In this document: one piece after another, positions 51,501 to 63,370 of the stretch
Layout: each line of letters opens with the position of its first letter
Position numbering within the stretch: position 1 is the stretch's first letter
Source of the DNA: an uncultured Actinomycetota bacterium
Lineage (GTDB): Bacteria; Actinomycetota; Actinomycetes; Mycobacteriales; Mycobacteriaceae
Assembly: GCA_963791215.1 (NCBI GenBank)
Contig: CAWBRR010000014.1
Coordinates: forward strand, 502 to 64,501
Length of the DNA stretch: 64,000 bases
Direction: 5' to 3'
Notes under the pieces: generated by a model
Database searches by the model: none
What the model was told of the DNA's origin: nothing
Seen by the model: only the letters and a program-made list of their open reading frames with translations
Position numbers and translations under genes: made by a program

Positions 51501-53063
51501 ATGGATGCAATGAAATGCGGACGCGGTGCTCGACTCGGCCGAGTGGTCTCGACGTCCGCGAGCCTGGGCGCCATGGTGTTGCTGGCCGCCTGCAGCACCA
51601 CGATCGTCGGCAAGCCCATGGCCCAGCACGAGCGAGCGCAACACGACCAGGTGCATCAGGTGGCCCACTGGGGGCGTTGCATGGTCGCGGGAGGCGGCAG
51701 CGCGAACAAGCTCCCCTCCGGCACTGAGTGCGGCCACCTCGCGGTTCCGATCGACTACGCGAAACCCGATTCCGGCGACGCGCAACTCATGCTCATCCGC
51801 ATTCCGGCCACCGGCGACAAGATTGGATCACTGGTCATCAACCCTGGCGGTCCAGGGGAGTCGGGCGTCGACGCCGCCGTCGGGCTCGTCGACTCGCTGC
51901 CCGGGCCGATTCGTCAACACTTCGACCTCGTCGGCTTCGACCCGCGGGGAGTGGGTTCGTCGACACCCGCACTGCGATGCAACTCGGACGCCGACGAAGA
52001 CGCCGAACGCGCCGATCCGCAGGTCGACTACAGCCCCGCCGGCGTGGCGCACATCGAGGACACGGAGAAGGCGTTCGTCCAACGCTGCGTCGACAAGATG
52101 GGCAAGGACTTCCTAGCCAACGTCGGAACCGCCACCGTCGTCAAGGATCTCGACGCGCTACGTGACGCGCTGGGCGACGACAAGTTGACGTATCTCGGCT
52201 ACTCGTATGGCACTTCGATCGGAACGGCCTACGCGGAGGCCTATCCGGACCGTGTCCGGGCGATGATCCTCGACGGCGCCGTCAACCCCGACCAGGATCC
52301 GATCCAGTCCACCATCAACCAGACCGCCGGTTTTCAGGAGGCGTTCAACCACTTCGCCGCCGACTGCGCAAAGGCTCCGGACTGCGCGCTGGGCACCGAC
52401 CCGGCCAAGGCGGTCGCGGCATATCACGACCTCGTCGACCCCTTGGTCGCCAAGCCGGTTTCCGCGGGCAACGGTCGCGTGCTCGGATACAGCGACGCGG
52501 TCACCGGCACCGAGTTGGCGATGTATTCGCCGACGTTCTGGAAGTTGTTGCGGGACGGCCTTTCCGAGCTGTCGGCAGGACACGGTGACACACTCTTGAA
52601 ACTCGCCGACAACTACTTTCAGCGCGACCCGTCCGGCCACTACGACAACTCGAACGACGTGTTGGTCGCGGTCAACTGTGTCGATCATCCACCCATGACC
52701 GACCGGGCGAAGGTCGTCGACGAAGACCGCAGGGTGCGGGAGGTGGCGCCCTTCCTGGCATACGGGCCGTTCACCGGGAATGCCCCGTTGGACGCCTGCG
52801 CCTTCTGGCCGGTGCCGCCGACGAGCACGCCGCACGAGGTGTCGGTACACGGCCTCGTCCCGACGCTGGTGGTGTCCACCACCGACGATCCGGCCACGCC
52901 CTATCAGGCGGGCGTCGAGCTGGCCCGGCAACTCGGCGGCGGGTTACTGACGTTCAAGGGCACTCAGCACACGGTGGTGTACCAGGGCGACAAGTGCGTG
53001 GACGACTACGCGACGTCGTACCTGATCGACGGAAAGCTCCCGCCGCCGAGTGCGACCTGCTGA
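51501..53063 (+). CDS. Lipoprotein alpha/beta hydrolase, TAP/Hip1(CaeA)-like protease
   Basis: LAAC lipobox, NPGGPGESG, FDPRGVG, GYSYG, DPATPY, QHT. Confidence 0.92.
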   Translation: MDAMKCGRGARLGRVVSTSASLGAMVLLAACSTTIVGKPMAQHERAQHDQVHQVAHWGRCMVAGGGSANKLPSGTECGHLAVPIDYAKPDSGDAQLMLIRIPATGDKIGSLVINPGGPGESGVDAAVGLVDSLPGPIRQHFDLVGFDPRGVGSSTPALRCNSDADEDAERADPQVDYSPAGVAHIEDTEKAFVQRCVDKMGKDFLANVGTATVVKDLDALRDALGDDKLTYLGYSYGTSIGTAYAEAYPDRVRAMILDGAVNPDQDPIQSTINQTAGFQEAFNHFAADCAKAPDCALGTDPAKAVAAYHDLVDPLVAKPVSAGNGRVLGYSDAVTGTELAMYSPTFWKLLRDGLSELSAGHGDTLLKLADNYFQRDPSGHYDNSNDVLVAVNCVDHPPMTDRAKVVDEDRRVREVAPFLAYGPFTGNAPLDACAFWPVPPTSTPHEVSVHGLVPTLVVSTTDDPATPYQAGVELARQLGGGLLTFKGTQHTVVYQGDKCVDDYATSYLIDGKLPPPSATC

Positions 53064-53270
53064 TCGCAGCCGTCCCGCCGATCGTGCCGGGGCATGGCGC
53101 GGTCATCCGGTGAGGTGGGCTGACTTCATGGGAGTTACCCGCGTGTGGCGGCGGCACACGGAAGCTGTGGGTGCGCTGGGAGACCGGGTGTCGGACCGGC
53201 GCAGGCGTATCCCACCCGTACAACGGTTATACGAGAGCGTTCTGTCCAGCGACTCGAGCGAGGACGAGGT

Positions 53271-55520
53271 ATGACCGCAACGATGACCGGCCCGCCGCAA
53301 CCACCGCCACCAACGCAGCCGCATGACGCGGAGGTGGCCGCCCCGCGGCGCAACCTGGTCTTCACGGCCGTGCTGCTGGGCATGCTGCTGGCCGCGCTGG
53401 ATCAGACGATCGTGGCGACGGCGCTGCCCACGGTGGTGGCCGACCTGGGTGGCGCCGGCCACCAGGCGTGGGTGGTGACGAGCTATCTGCTGGCGTCGAC
53501 GGTCGTGACGGCGATCGTGGGCAAGCTCGGCGACCTGATCGGGCGGAAGACCGTCTTCATCGCCGCGGTGGTGTTCTTCATGGCCGGTTCGGTGCTGTGC
53601 GGCCTGGCCGGCTCGCTGCCCATGCTGGTCGCGGCCCGCGCTCTGCAGGGCATCGGCGGCGGGGCCATCATGGTCACCGCGACGGCGGTGATCGGCGAGG
53701 TGATCCCGCTGCGCGAACGCGGCCGCTACCAGGGCGCGCTGGGGGCCGTCTTCGGCGTCACGACGGTGATCGGCCCGCTGCTCGGCGGGTTCTTCACCGA
53801 TCACCTCAGCTGGCGCTGGGCGTTCTGGATCAACGTGCCCGTGGCCGTCGTCGTGATCGTGGTCGCCGTCGTCGCGATTCCCAACCTCGGCCGGATGGCG
53901 CGCCCGGTCATCGACTACGCCGGCATCGTCCTGGTCGGGCTGGGCGCCACCGGGCTCACGCTGGCGACGACGTGGGGCGGCAACACCTATGCGTGGGGTT
54001 CGCCGATGATCATCGGGCTCTTCGTCGGATCCGTGGTGGCGCTGGCCGCGTTCGTCGCGGTCGAACTGCGGGCCCCGGAGCCGATTCTGCCGATGCGGCT
54101 GTTCCGCGAGCCGGTGTTCGCCGTCTGCTGCGGGCTGTCGTTCGTCGTCGGCTTCGCGATGCTCGGCGCGTTGACCTTCCTCCCGACGTTCATGCAGTTC
54201 GTCGACGGCGTCTCGGCCACCACGTCGGGCCTGCACACCTTGCCGATGGTGGTCGGTCTGCTCGCGATGTCGATGAGCAGCGGCGTGATCGTCGGCCGCA
54301 CCGGGCGCTACAAGGTCTTCCCGGTCGCCGGCACCGCCGTGATGGCGGTGGGCTTCGTCCTGCTGTCCCGGATGGGGCCCGACACTTCGACTTTCGTTCA
54401 GTCGCTGTACCTGGTCGTGCTGGGCGCAGGCATCGGCATGTGCATGCAGGTGCTCGTGCTGATCGTGCAGAACACCGTCGACTTCAGCGATCTTGGCGTC
54501 GCGACGTCGGGTGTGACGTTCTTCCGCACCATCGGCAGCTCGTTCGGCGCGGCCGTGTTCGGCTCGTTGTTCAACAACTTCTTGCACAGTCGCATCGGGG
54601 ACGCGCTCGCGGCCAGCGGCGCGCCGCCCGAGGCGGCACAGTCGCCGGATGCCCTGCATCAGTTGCCGCCCGAGGTGGCCGCTCCGATCGCTGCCGCCTA
54701 CGCCGACGCGCTCGACCTGGTGTTCCTGTGTGCTGCACCGGTGGCAGTGGTCGGGTTCGTGTTGGCCTTGATGCTCAAGCAGGTTCCGTTGCGCAACAAC
54801 GCCGTCAGCACCGCCGTCGATCTCGGTGAGGGGTTCGCGATGCCGACGACCGACTCGCCGGACCAGCTGCTGGAGAACGCCGTGGGTCGGCTGATCCGCC
54901 AAGGCTCGGGCATGCAGCTGCGGGCCGTGGCGCAACGCCCGGGCTGCAAGCTCGACATCAGCCGGCTGTGGGCGGCGCTGCAGGTCTACCGCTTCGGGCA
55001 GGCCGCCGGACAGGCTCGGCTCGGCGACATCGCCGATCACGTCCGGGTGCCGCGCGAGATTCTCGAGCCGCCGTTCGAGAGGCTCGTCGCCACCGGCTAC
55101 GCCGAACGCAGTGGCGACGTCTTCTGGCTGACCCCGGCGGGCGCACACCAGGTGGACTTCGTTCGCACCGAGACGGTCGACTGGCTCACCCGCCGGCTCG
55201 TCCAATCCTCCGGATTGGAGGTCGACCCGGACCCGAACAGAGTGGGGAATGCGTTGGAGCGCATGGCGCAAAACGTTCTGGTGCAGCGTGATTGGACGGA
55301 GGACGAGACGCAGGCGATGCGGATGCGTCCGCCGCGTCGGGCGCCTGCGCCCCGGCCAGGGCCCCAGCCGCCGAGACCGGCTCCGCCACCGGTGCCGCCG
55401 CGCCCCGCTGCCCCCGATCCGCGCGGGCGCACCCGCCCGTCGCAGCCGACGGAGCCGCCGACCACCCGGCTGCGGCCTCCTGGTCCGCCGCCCAGAGGTC
55501 CGCGGCCACCGCAGCGGTAG
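53271..55520 (+). CDS. DHA2 (14-TM) MFS efflux transporter with C-terminal winged-helix-like domain and Pro/Arg tail
   Basis: [31 protein letters not shown]; soluble C-domain [19 protein letters not shown]...WLTPAG. Confidence 0.93.
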   Translation: MTATMTGPPQPPPPTQPHDAEVAAPRRNLVFTAVLLGMLLAALDQTIVATALPTVVADLGGAGHQAWVVTSYLLASTVVTAIVGKLGDLIGRKTVFIAAVVFFMAGSVLCGLAGSLPMLVAARALQGIGGGAIMVTATAVIGEVIPLRERGRYQGALGAVFGVTTVIGPLLGGFFTDHLSWRWAFWINVPVAVVVIVVAVVAIPNLGRMARPVIDYAGIVLVGLGATGLTLATTWGGNTYAWGSPMIIGLFVGSVVALAAFVAVELRAPEPILPMRLFREPVFAVCCGLSFVVGFAMLGALTFLPTFMQFVDGVSATTSGLHTLPMVVGLLAMSMSSGVIVGRTGRYKVFPVAGTAVMAVGFVLLSRMGPDTSTFVQSLYLVVLGAGIGMCMQVLVLIVQNTVDFSDLGVATSGVTFFRTIGSSFGAAVFGSLFNNFLHSRIGDALAASGAPPEAAQSPDALHQLPPEVAAPIAAAYADALDLVFLCAAPVAVVGFVLALMLKQVPLRNNAVSTAVDLGEGFAMPTTDSPDQLLENAVGRLIRQGSGMQLRAVAQRPGCKLDISRLWAALQVYRFGQAAGQARLGDIADHVRVPREILEPPFERLVATGYAERSGDVFWLTPAGAHQVDFVRTETVDWLTRRLVQSSGLEVDPDPNRVGNALERMAQNVLVQRDWTEDETQAMRMRPPRRAPAPRPGPQPPRPAPPPVPPRPAAPDPRGRTRPSQPTEPPTTRLRPPGPPPRGPRPPQR

Positions 55521-55535
55521 CGACTCGACGCGCGG

Positions 55536-56315
55536 TCAGGCCAGGATCGAAGCGAGTTCGCTGCGCGGTACCGAGACCTGTTGCGGCCCAGCGGCTTCGA
55601 CGGTCCACTGGCCCTGGCCGATGAAGAAGATCACCGCATCGTCGGTGATGGCGAAGTTCCGGTACATCTCCACGCCGATCGGGTTGGCGTCGATGGGGGC
55701 GCCCGGCAACTGATTCTTCAGAGCGTCCTCGACGATGGGGTCGAGCACGGGGACCGGATCGCTGCCGGGCTTGAACAGCGACTCGAACGTGATCGGGACC
55801 TTCTTGCCGACGTCGTAGGTGAGTGCGTCGTAGTAGGTCTCCGGATGTGCGCCTCCGACGTTGACGTACTCCTCGAGGACCAGGCTCTCGGTGCCGGCAT
55901 CGGGAGCCCCCGACCGGTACGTCGCCGGCTTGATCTCGAGCGCCTTGGCAACGTCGCGCACCGGCGGCTCCTCGACCGTCGTGACGAACTGGTCGCGTTG
56001 GCGGGTCAGGACGTCTGTCACGGCGCGTTGGTCGGGGTAGGTGACCGGGAAGCTCATGTCGATCGTGTAGTTGGGCGTCTCGGCGTGGACCGTGCAGACC
56101 TGATCGGGGCCGACGGTGCCGCCGAGGTCGGTGCACGCCGAGGGCGTTGCGACCGGTGGGGACGGGGCGGCGGAGGTGCTCACCGTGACCGTCGACGTCG
56201 GTGGTGTCGTGACGGTCTCGGAGGACGCGCCTGGTTCAGTCGAGCTTCCGCACGCCGCCGCGCCGGCGACGACGGTGGCGCCGGCGAGTGCGATCAGTAC
56301 GTGTCGAGTCGTCAC
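55536..56315 (-). CDS. MPT64-like/DUF3298 (RsiV-like) lipoprotein
   Basis: AAAC lipobox, CTDLGG...C, YPDQ, GGAHP, PITFESLF, YRNFAITDDAVIFF. Confidence 0.85.
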   Translation of the reverse strand: MTTRHVLIALAGATVVAGAAACGSSTEPGASSETVTTPPTSTVTVSTSAAPSPPVATPSACTDLGGTVGPDQVCTVHAETPNYTIDMSFPVTYPDQRAVTDVLTRQRDQFVTTVEEPPVRDVAKALEIKPATYRSGAPDAGTESLVLEEYVNVGGAHPETYYDALTYDVGKKVPITFESLFKPGSDPVPVLDPIVEDALKNQLPGAPIDANPIGVEMYRNFAITDDAVIFFIGQGQWTVEAAGPQQVSVPRSELASILA

Positions 56316-56336
56316 GCGGTAGTCCGATTTTGGTGG

Positions 56337-56774
56337 TCAGCCAAGGTTAACGGTCTGGCGCGAGACGAAGAAGGAGTGTCCCGTGCTGGTGTCGGTGCAG
56401 GTGATTCCGACGGACTCGCTGTCGCAGCTGATCGGGCCGAGAGTCTGGAGCTGGCCGTATTCGAGGGTGTGCGTGGGGGCGGGCATGTCCTGGCCGTAGC
56501 AGCCGAACACGGCGGCGGACCCCTCCTCCATCCCGACACGGTCCCCCCAGTTCATCTGGCAGCCGTCGGGCTGCGTGGCGACCCAGTCGTGGTCGGAGAC
56601 CTCGCACCGCACGGTGTGACCGCCAGCTGAGTAGGTGGCCATTGTGCAGCGGATGTTGCCCGAGGGGGACTGGAACGGACCGCTGGCGGGGACTTCGTTC
56701 GCGACGGGTGTCACGGGTGCGGGCGGCGTCACGGTCACCGTGACGGGTCGGTTGTCGCGCGAGTTCTCGGCCAT
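56337..56774 (-). CDS. Small Cys-rich beta domain protein lacking an obvious signal peptide
   Basis: FQSPSGNIRC...C...C...LEYGQ...ISCDSESVGITC...GHSF; GAAGGGG RBS. Confidence 0.75.
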   Translation of the reverse strand: MAENSRDNRPVTVTVTPPAPVTPVANEVPASGPFQSPSGNIRCTMATYSAGGHTVRCEVSDHDWVATQPDGCQMNWGDRVGMEEGSAAVFGCYGQDMPAPTHTLEYGQLQTLGPISCDSESVGITCTDTSTGHSFFVSRQTVNLG

Positions 56775-57220
56775 GTCGGTTCCCCCTTCGATGAACGTGT
56801 TCGTGTGTCCGATGACGGAAGGGTGCCGGGGAGGTCTTGGCGGAATCTTGGCACATCACGTAGTGCCCGCCTCGCAGCGAAAACACGATTCGCTCGGAGG
56901 TGGGCACTTCGGTTGGGGTCGCTCGAGAAGCCGCGAATCGACGCAGCCGCGGCGCGCATGTCGATGCCGAGCAGCGTGCCGTGCCCCGGTCACGGAGGTC
57001 CTTAGCACCGCTGCGCATCGGCGGCCAACGCGCACGTGGCAACCCGTGTACCCTGACCACTGAGCAATTGGCTTGTGCTGCTTCGACTTCGGCGTCGTCG
57101 CAGGTCGCCTGCCGCGGGGAGCGGGTTGGGCCGGCCAGCATGTGGGAACTCCGTCAACGCTGACGGGTTGACCTGCGCGGTCACCAAAATTGGCGTCGCG
57201 AGAGGGTGGAAGGAACGCAT

Positions 57221-58780
57221 ATGGGGTCCCCGGGTGTCGGTGCACGTTTGGGCACGCGATTCGGGTCCTACGAGCTTCGCGAGTTGATCGGCATGGGCGG
57301 GATGGGCGAGGTCTACCGCGCCTACGACACCGTGCGCGAGCGGATGGTGGCGCTCAAGCTGTTGCGGACCGACGTGGCCGCCGACCCGAGCTACCAGGAT
57401 CGTTTCCGGCGCGAGTCGCGCATCGCCGCTCGGCTGCAGGAGCCGCACGTGATCCCCGTGCACGACTTCGGCGAGATCGACGGCGTGCTCTACATCGACA
57501 TGCGGCTGGTCGAGGGTGGCAGCGTGAAGGACGAGCTGCGCGTCAATGGCGCCCTCCCACCGGCGCGCGCGGTGTCGATCATCGCCCAGGTCGCCGCTGC
57601 GCTGGACGCCGCGCACGCCAACGGGCTGGTGCACCGCGACATCAAGCCCGAGAACGTGCTGCTCACGCCGGACGACTTCGCGTACCTGGTCGACTTCGGC
57701 ATCGCGTACGGAGGCGGCGAGGCGAGCGTGACGAAGACCGGGCTGGTCATCGGCTCGTGCGCCTATATGGCCACCGAGCGGCTCAGCGGCACGGCGGGTG
57801 GCCCGGCTTCAGACATTTACTCGTTGACGTGCCTGCTCCACGAATGCCTCACCGGTCGGGCGCCGTTCGAAGCGGGTGACCTGAGAGAGGTCATGCTCGC
57901 GCACATGTTCAAGCCTCCGCCGCGGCCAAGTCTCGAGCGCCGGGGGATCAATCCCGCGTTCGACGACGTCGTCGCGAAGGGCATGGCCAAGAATCCCGCC
58001 GACCGGTACACGTCGGCGGGCGAGCTGGCCAGGGCGGCGGCCGACGTGGCGCGCGGACACGCGCCCCGTCGCAGCCGTCGCGCCCCCGAGTCCGCCGCAG
58101 AGCACGCGTCAGTTCGCGCCCCCGGTCCCGGGCCCACGGCCGACGCCGACGGGTTACGTGCCGTATGCGCCGCCCCCACTGCCGGCCGCGCCCGTCACGA
58201 GGTCGCGGTTCAGTCGGACGCAGAAGGCGCTGTTGGCCGGGACGGTCGCCATGTTCGCGCTGGCCGCGCTGCTGGCTGGAGTGATCGTCATGACCGGCGG
58301 CAACGGCGGCTCCGAACCGCAGAGCCCGCTCGCCGCCCGCCACCGTCGACGACGACGATCACCACGACGGCACCGTCGGGTTCCGAGGACACGACTACGT
58401 CCACGACGAAACCGTCGACGTCAACGTCACCATCGGCTAGCGGGGCGCCCATCGCCGGCCTGTCGGGCACCGATGCGCAGGGCTTCGTCGGTCATTCGGC
58501 GCGCTGCGACGCGGGCAGCACGCCCGCGGCGGCGATCCGGACTGCGAACTCGCTGGCCATCGTGTGCGAGACGGCGCCGGGCAGCTACTACTACCGCGGC
58601 GAACGCCTCAGCGACGGGGCGCAGCTGCAGCTGGCCAATGCCGTGCCGGCCGGTGGCGGGTTCGACGCCGTCAACCCGGCCGACGGCTCCCGATACCAGG
58701 TGCGGCCGGACCAGCTGACGATCTCGAGTAGCCGTGGGAGCGAAACGGACCCTGCGCTGGAGTACGGCGGGGGTCGGTAG
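57221..58780 (+). CDS. Transmembrane Ser/Thr protein kinase; compensating frameshifts near 58065 and 58338
   Basis: GMGGMGEVY, HRDIKPEN, DFG, YMATE. The TM helix (ALLAGTVAMFALAALLAGVIVM) lies in the alternate frame of ORF 58158; C-domain GFVGHSARC. Confidence 0.9.
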   Translation: MGSPGVGARLGTRFGSYELRELIGMGGMGEVYRAYDTVRERMVALKLLRTDVAADPSYQDRFRRESRIAARLQEPHVIPVHDFGEIDGVLYIDMRLVEGGSVKDELRVNGALPPARAVSIIAQVAAALDAAHANGLVHRDIKPENVLLTPDDFAYLVDFGIAYGGGEASVTKTGLVIGSCAYMATERLSGTAGGPASDIYSLTCLLHECLTGRAPFEAGDLREVMLAHMFKPPPRPSLERRGINPAFDDVVAKGMAKNPADRYTSAGELARAAADVARGHAPRRSRRAPESAAEHASVRAPGPGPTADADGLRAVCAAPTAGRARHEVAVQSDAEGAVGRDGRHVRAGRAAGWSDRHDRRQRRLRTAEPARRPPPSTTTITTTAPSGSEDTTTSTTKPSTSTSPSASGAPIAGLSGTDAQGFVGHSARCDAGSTPAAAIRTANSLAIVCETAPGSYYYRGERLSDGAQLQLANAVPAGGGFDAVNPADGSRYQVRPDQLTISSSRGSETDPALEYGGGR

Positions 58781-58952
58781 GCGCTGCGCGACCGTCGGCC
58801 CAGAGGTACGGTCTGGCGCGAGAGTTGATACCGCTGATTCCACGGTTCAACCCACGCTCAGTGCGTCAGCATGTGTTGACGGCGCACTCGTCGGTACGTG
58901 TCGGCCGACGCAAGCGCGGACGCAGCAGCTTTTCACGACGGGGAGTTGACGA

Positions 58953-60299
58953 ATGAGTACACCAGTACCCGAGGGCTGGTATCCGGACCCGACTGTCGCG
59001 ATCCCGACCGCCGCGATCCCGACCGCAGCGCTTCGCGGCGCCGAGGCCGCCAGGGCACTCATACCGCATCCGACGGATGATCCGTTCTATTCGTATACCG
59101 GCACCACACCGCTGGCCGACATCGCACCGGGAACGGTGCTGGCGACGCGCAGCGTTCCCTTCCACCTCTTGGGCGTGCCGACGTCCCTGAAGGCGACCCA
59201 GTTGCTCTACCGGTCGACCAGCCAGACGGGTAACCCGACCGTCAACGTCACGTCGGTCATTCAACCGTTGGGTCACACCGACAAGAAGAAGGTGCTGTCG
59301 TTTCAGTCCGCCTATGACTCGCTCGCTCGCAGCGACCAACCGTCGTACGCGATCGCCGGTGGGTTGACGCTCGGCGGAGTCATCCCGAACGTGGAGCTGA
59401 CGGTCTTCGGTCAGTTCCTGGCCCAAGGCTTTACGGTGATCGTTCCGGACACCGAGGGTCAGCGCGCCGACTTCGCAGCAGGCCCGGAGTATGGAATGAA
59501 CACGCTCGACTCGATCCGCGCCGCGTTCAATTCGTCGGCCGTCGGCTTGCCGAGCGACGCGCGGGTTGCCCTGCTCGGTTACTCCGGTGGAGCGATCGCC
59601 AGCGAGTGGGCCGCCGAGTTGGCTCCGACGTATGCGCCCGACGCGAACGCACGGCTGATCGGGGCGGCGATCGGTGGCGTGCTCGTGCACCCGGCGCACA
59701 ACCTGCGATACGTCGAGGGCACCTTCTTCTGGGCGGGTGTGATGCCGATGGCGTTGATCGGCATCGCGCGGGCATTCGGGGTCGACTTCACGCCGTATCT
59801 CAGCCCGCGGGGACTGAGGCTGTACCACGACATGCAGTCGACGTCGATCGCGAACATCCTTGGCCAGCCGCGGTATTGGCGCCTGAAGTGGGCCGACGTG
59901 ATCAGCCCGGCGCATCCCACCCCGGAGAGTCTGCCGCTGTTCGTGACGGTGGCCAACAAGCTCATCATGGGCACCGGTGGCACGCCGACGATTCCGCTGT
60001 TCATTGGCCAGGGCGCCAACGGTGACTTGGAGTGGACGCCGGGCAACAAGCCGGGCATCGGCGCCGGTGACGGCGTGATGATCGCCGGTGACGTGCGCAC
60101 GCTTGCGCGCGCCTATTGCGCGAGGGGCGTCACGGTTCAGTACGAGGAATACGAGCTGCTCAGTCACATCTCCGCCATCCTGGTGTGGCTGCCGCAGGCG
60201 ATCGACTGGATCAAGGACCGCTTCGCGGGACAGCCTGCGCCAGACAACTGTTCGTCGATCGCGCCCGGGAATTCGCTCGACCCCCTTCCGGTGCGGTAG
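58953..60299 (+). CDS. Secretory lipase (LIP family)
   Basis: DDPFY, QLLYRS, PDTEG, GYSGG, GDGVM, LSH. Confidence 0.9.
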   Translation: MSTPVPEGWYPDPTVAIPTAAIPTAALRGAEAARALIPHPTDDPFYSYTGTTPLADIAPGTVLATRSVPFHLLGVPTSLKATQLLYRSTSQTGNPTVNVTSVIQPLGHTDKKKVLSFQSAYDSLARSDQPSYAIAGGLTLGGVIPNVELTVFGQFLAQGFTVIVPDTEGQRADFAAGPEYGMNTLDSIRAAFNSSAVGLPSDARVALLGYSGGAIASEWAAELAPTYAPDANARLIGAAIGGVLVHPAHNLRYVEGTFFWAGVMPMALIGIARAFGVDFTPYLSPRGLRLYHDMQSTSIANILGQPRYWRLKWADVISPAHPTPESLPLFVTVANKLIMGTGGTPTIPLFIGQGANGDLEWTPGNKPGIGAGDGVMIAGDVRTLARAYCARGVTVQYEEYELLSHISAILVWLPQAIDWIKDRFAGQPAPDNCSSIAPGNSLDPLPVR

Positions 60300-60323
60300 C
60301 GCAGTCGCGCGTTCCCGAAGCGC

Positions 60324-63237
60324 TCAGGCGGGACCGTCGTCGGGCAGTTCGTCCAAGCCCTTGCACAGGGGGATGTACCCGATATCCGGCGACACCCATT
60401 CGGACCACTGGCTGCGACTCATGTTGTAGGTCAGCTTGTTGCACAGGTCGTCGTGCCAAGCCGCAGGCCCGGGCCAGACCCACGCGGTGACGTGTTCGTC
60501 GGGTGCGATGTCCAACGTGAGCACCCGCCGATCGTCGGCGCTCACCACGACTCTGGCGACGCTGTCGTCGCCGGCGTCGAGTGGGTCGCCGGACTGAAAG
60601 CCCGTCTTCAGGTCGTAGAACCTCAGCGTCTTGTCCATGCTCCCGGAGACGATGAAACGGCTGTCCGCCGTGACGGCGATGTCGCCGATGCCGTCGTCGT
60701 GCACCGACAGCGGGGTGCCGATCGGCTCGCCGGTCTCGACGTTCCACCGCTTCATGCTCTGCGAGCCGCCGGTGACGAAGAAGCTTCCGTCCGGGCTCAT
60801 GGCAAGACTGCCGAACAGGTTGGTGTCGAGATGCGGCCCGCCGACGGGTTGCCGCGTCTCGGCGTCCCAGACCCGTAGCGAGTCTTGACTCGAGGAGATG
60901 ATGCGCCGACCGTCCGGGCTGAACGCGACGTTGTTCACGACGTCGTCGTGGCCGGTGAGCGGATCACCGATCGGGGCGCCGGTCTCGGCATCCCACAGTC
61001 GCACGGTGTTGTCGGCTCCGCCCGCTGCGATCACGCGCCCGTCGGGGCTGAATGCGACGTTGCCGAAGTACACCTCGTAGCCCTGCAGGGGACTGCCGAC
61101 GGAGCCGCCCGATTCGGCGTCCCAGACGCGAATGGTGTTGTCGTCGCTCGTCGAAAGCACTCGCCGTCCGTCCGGGCTGAAGACGAGCTCGACGATGTTG
61201 GCCGTGTGCCCGACGCCCGGCGCTCCGATCGGTTCCCCGGTGTCGGCGTTCCACAGCCGGACGGTGTTGTCGACGCCCGCCGACGCTATCCGGTGACCGT
61301 CGGGGCTGAACATCGCGAAGTTGATGCCGCCCCGGTGGCCCCGCATCGGGTCTCCGATCGGTTGACCGGTGTCGGTGTCGAAGACGCGCAGCGTGCCGTC
61401 GTCGTAGCCCGCCACCATGCGACGGCTGTCGGGCGCGATCGCGACGCTCTTGGCGAACGGCGGTGCGCCACTGGCCGACCCGGGACCGATCACCTGGTGG
61501 CCGCCCGATCTTTGGTTGTCCGCGTTCCAGATCCGCACCGTGCCGTCCTGACTGCTGGACGCGATGCGCTTGCCGTCCGGGCTGAATGCCAGGCTGGTGA
61601 CGGCCGCGCTGTGCCCGGTGGCCGACCCCATTGGTGCGTGAGTGTCGACGTCCCACATCTTGATCGCCGGCTGCATTCCGCTGGCGATGATGCGGCGGCC
61701 GTCGGCGCTCAATGCGACTGCCAATACGGGCAATTGACCCGACGCGATCACGTCGCCGGGAGTACCGGTGGACGGATCGAGGATCCGAACGTTCCCCGCC
61801 ATGTCGCCGCTGACGACGCGCCGGCCGTCGGGGTGGTAGGCCACCGCATTGACGTCGGACCCGACGGCGACGGGTGGCCCGATCGGTTCCTGGGTGCGGG
61901 CATCCCAGAGTCGGATCGTGCCGTCGGCGCCTCCGGAGACGATCCGCTGCCCGTCGGGGCTGAACGCGACGCTGTGAACGATGCCCTCGTGCCCGGTCAT
62001 CGGCGGCCCAAGCTCCGTCCCGGTGTCCGCGTCCCACACTCGGACAGTCGAATCCGCCCCTCCGGAGGCGATGCGATGCCCGTCCGGGCTGAACGCGACG
62101 GTCGGAATCATGCCGGTGTGGCCCATCGAGCGGGTCGCCGATCGCGTTGCCGGCGTCGTCCCAGATCTGGAGTTGTGTTCCGCCGGTGACGATGCGTTGC
62201 CCATCCCGTCGGTACGCCACGCTGAGGTTCAACAATCTCGTGTCGAACAGCGCCTGACGCTTGCCGCTCTCGGGATCCCAGAGCCGGACTTGGGCTCCCG
62301 CGGTGGCGATCTGGCGTCCGTCGGGGTCGAAGGCGACGCCGAAGACGGTGTTGACCTTTTGCGCGTCGACGGCGGCGGGCACGACGTCGAGTCCGGAGTA
62401 CATGGGCTGCCCGGTGGCGATGATCTTCCTGACGTTCGAGGTGTACCTCAGTGCGCGCAGCATCACGCCGGGGTCGGGTTCGGGCGAGAGACTTTGCGAC
62501 GCAAGGGCTTCCTGGATGGCGCGGACGACCTCGGGGGTGCGTTCGACGGTCAACTCCGAGCGGGAATGCTCGGCCAACCTGGTCGCCGCGGCCGCTCGGA
62601 ACTGGACGTCGGCGCGGTGCTTCTGGAAGAAGGCCAATCCGACGACCGCCAGCACGACCATGACGATCGCGGCGATCGACTGCAGCCGGCGCCGTTCGGA
62701 CCTCGCGATGCGCTGCGTCAGGTCGTCGGTCGTCGAATCGACGATGCCTGCGACCAGTTGCACCCACGGCGACCCCTGGGCCAGTTTGGCTCGGCGCCGC
62801 TTGGTGGTCCACGCCTGGCTCAAGTTCGCGGCAAGGGGTGCGCCGCCCAGCACGTGTTCGAGCGCGTCGGGGAACGCCCAGTCCGCGGCGTCCACGTGCG
62901 GATCGTTGTTGGGTCCCCCGGCGACCAACACGGGAACGATGTGTTCGGGATCGCGGAGCTCGGCGAACCGGCTGATCTCCTGGTTGACGTAGTGCGACTG
63001 ACGCGCCGCAGGTGAACACAGCACGACCAGCGTTCGGGAGTTCGCGAGATGCACGTCGAGCGAAGGGTCCAGTCGGTTGCCCGTCATGTCGCTGACGTCG
63101 CGGAACACGTTGAGTCGGCGCTGGCCCAACTGCTTGCGGACGTCGCGGGGAAGCGGGAACCGCTCGAGGTCGCGTTCGATCTTGGCGGCCTCGACGGCGT
63201 TGAGCCGCGAGTAGCTTATGAACGCGTCGTAGGTCAT
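60324..63237 (-). CDS. TIR domain - TM helix - about 15 WD40 repeats; frameshift near 62122
   Basis: YDAFISYSR, VFRD, LVVLCSPAARQSHYVNQEI; TM IAAIVMVVLAVVGLAFF; repeated GH...AFSPDG...WD. Confidence 0.9.
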
Positions 63238-63370
63238 GCCGTCCGGTGAGCGGCGTTCGTCAATCCCCACGATCGGTCTCCTTTGGACCTGTGCCGACGC
63301 TTCCGAGTCTGGGTGCACACGAGTATCGACGCGCAAGTAGAGCGCTACTCGAAAATCGTCCGATCGCTTG

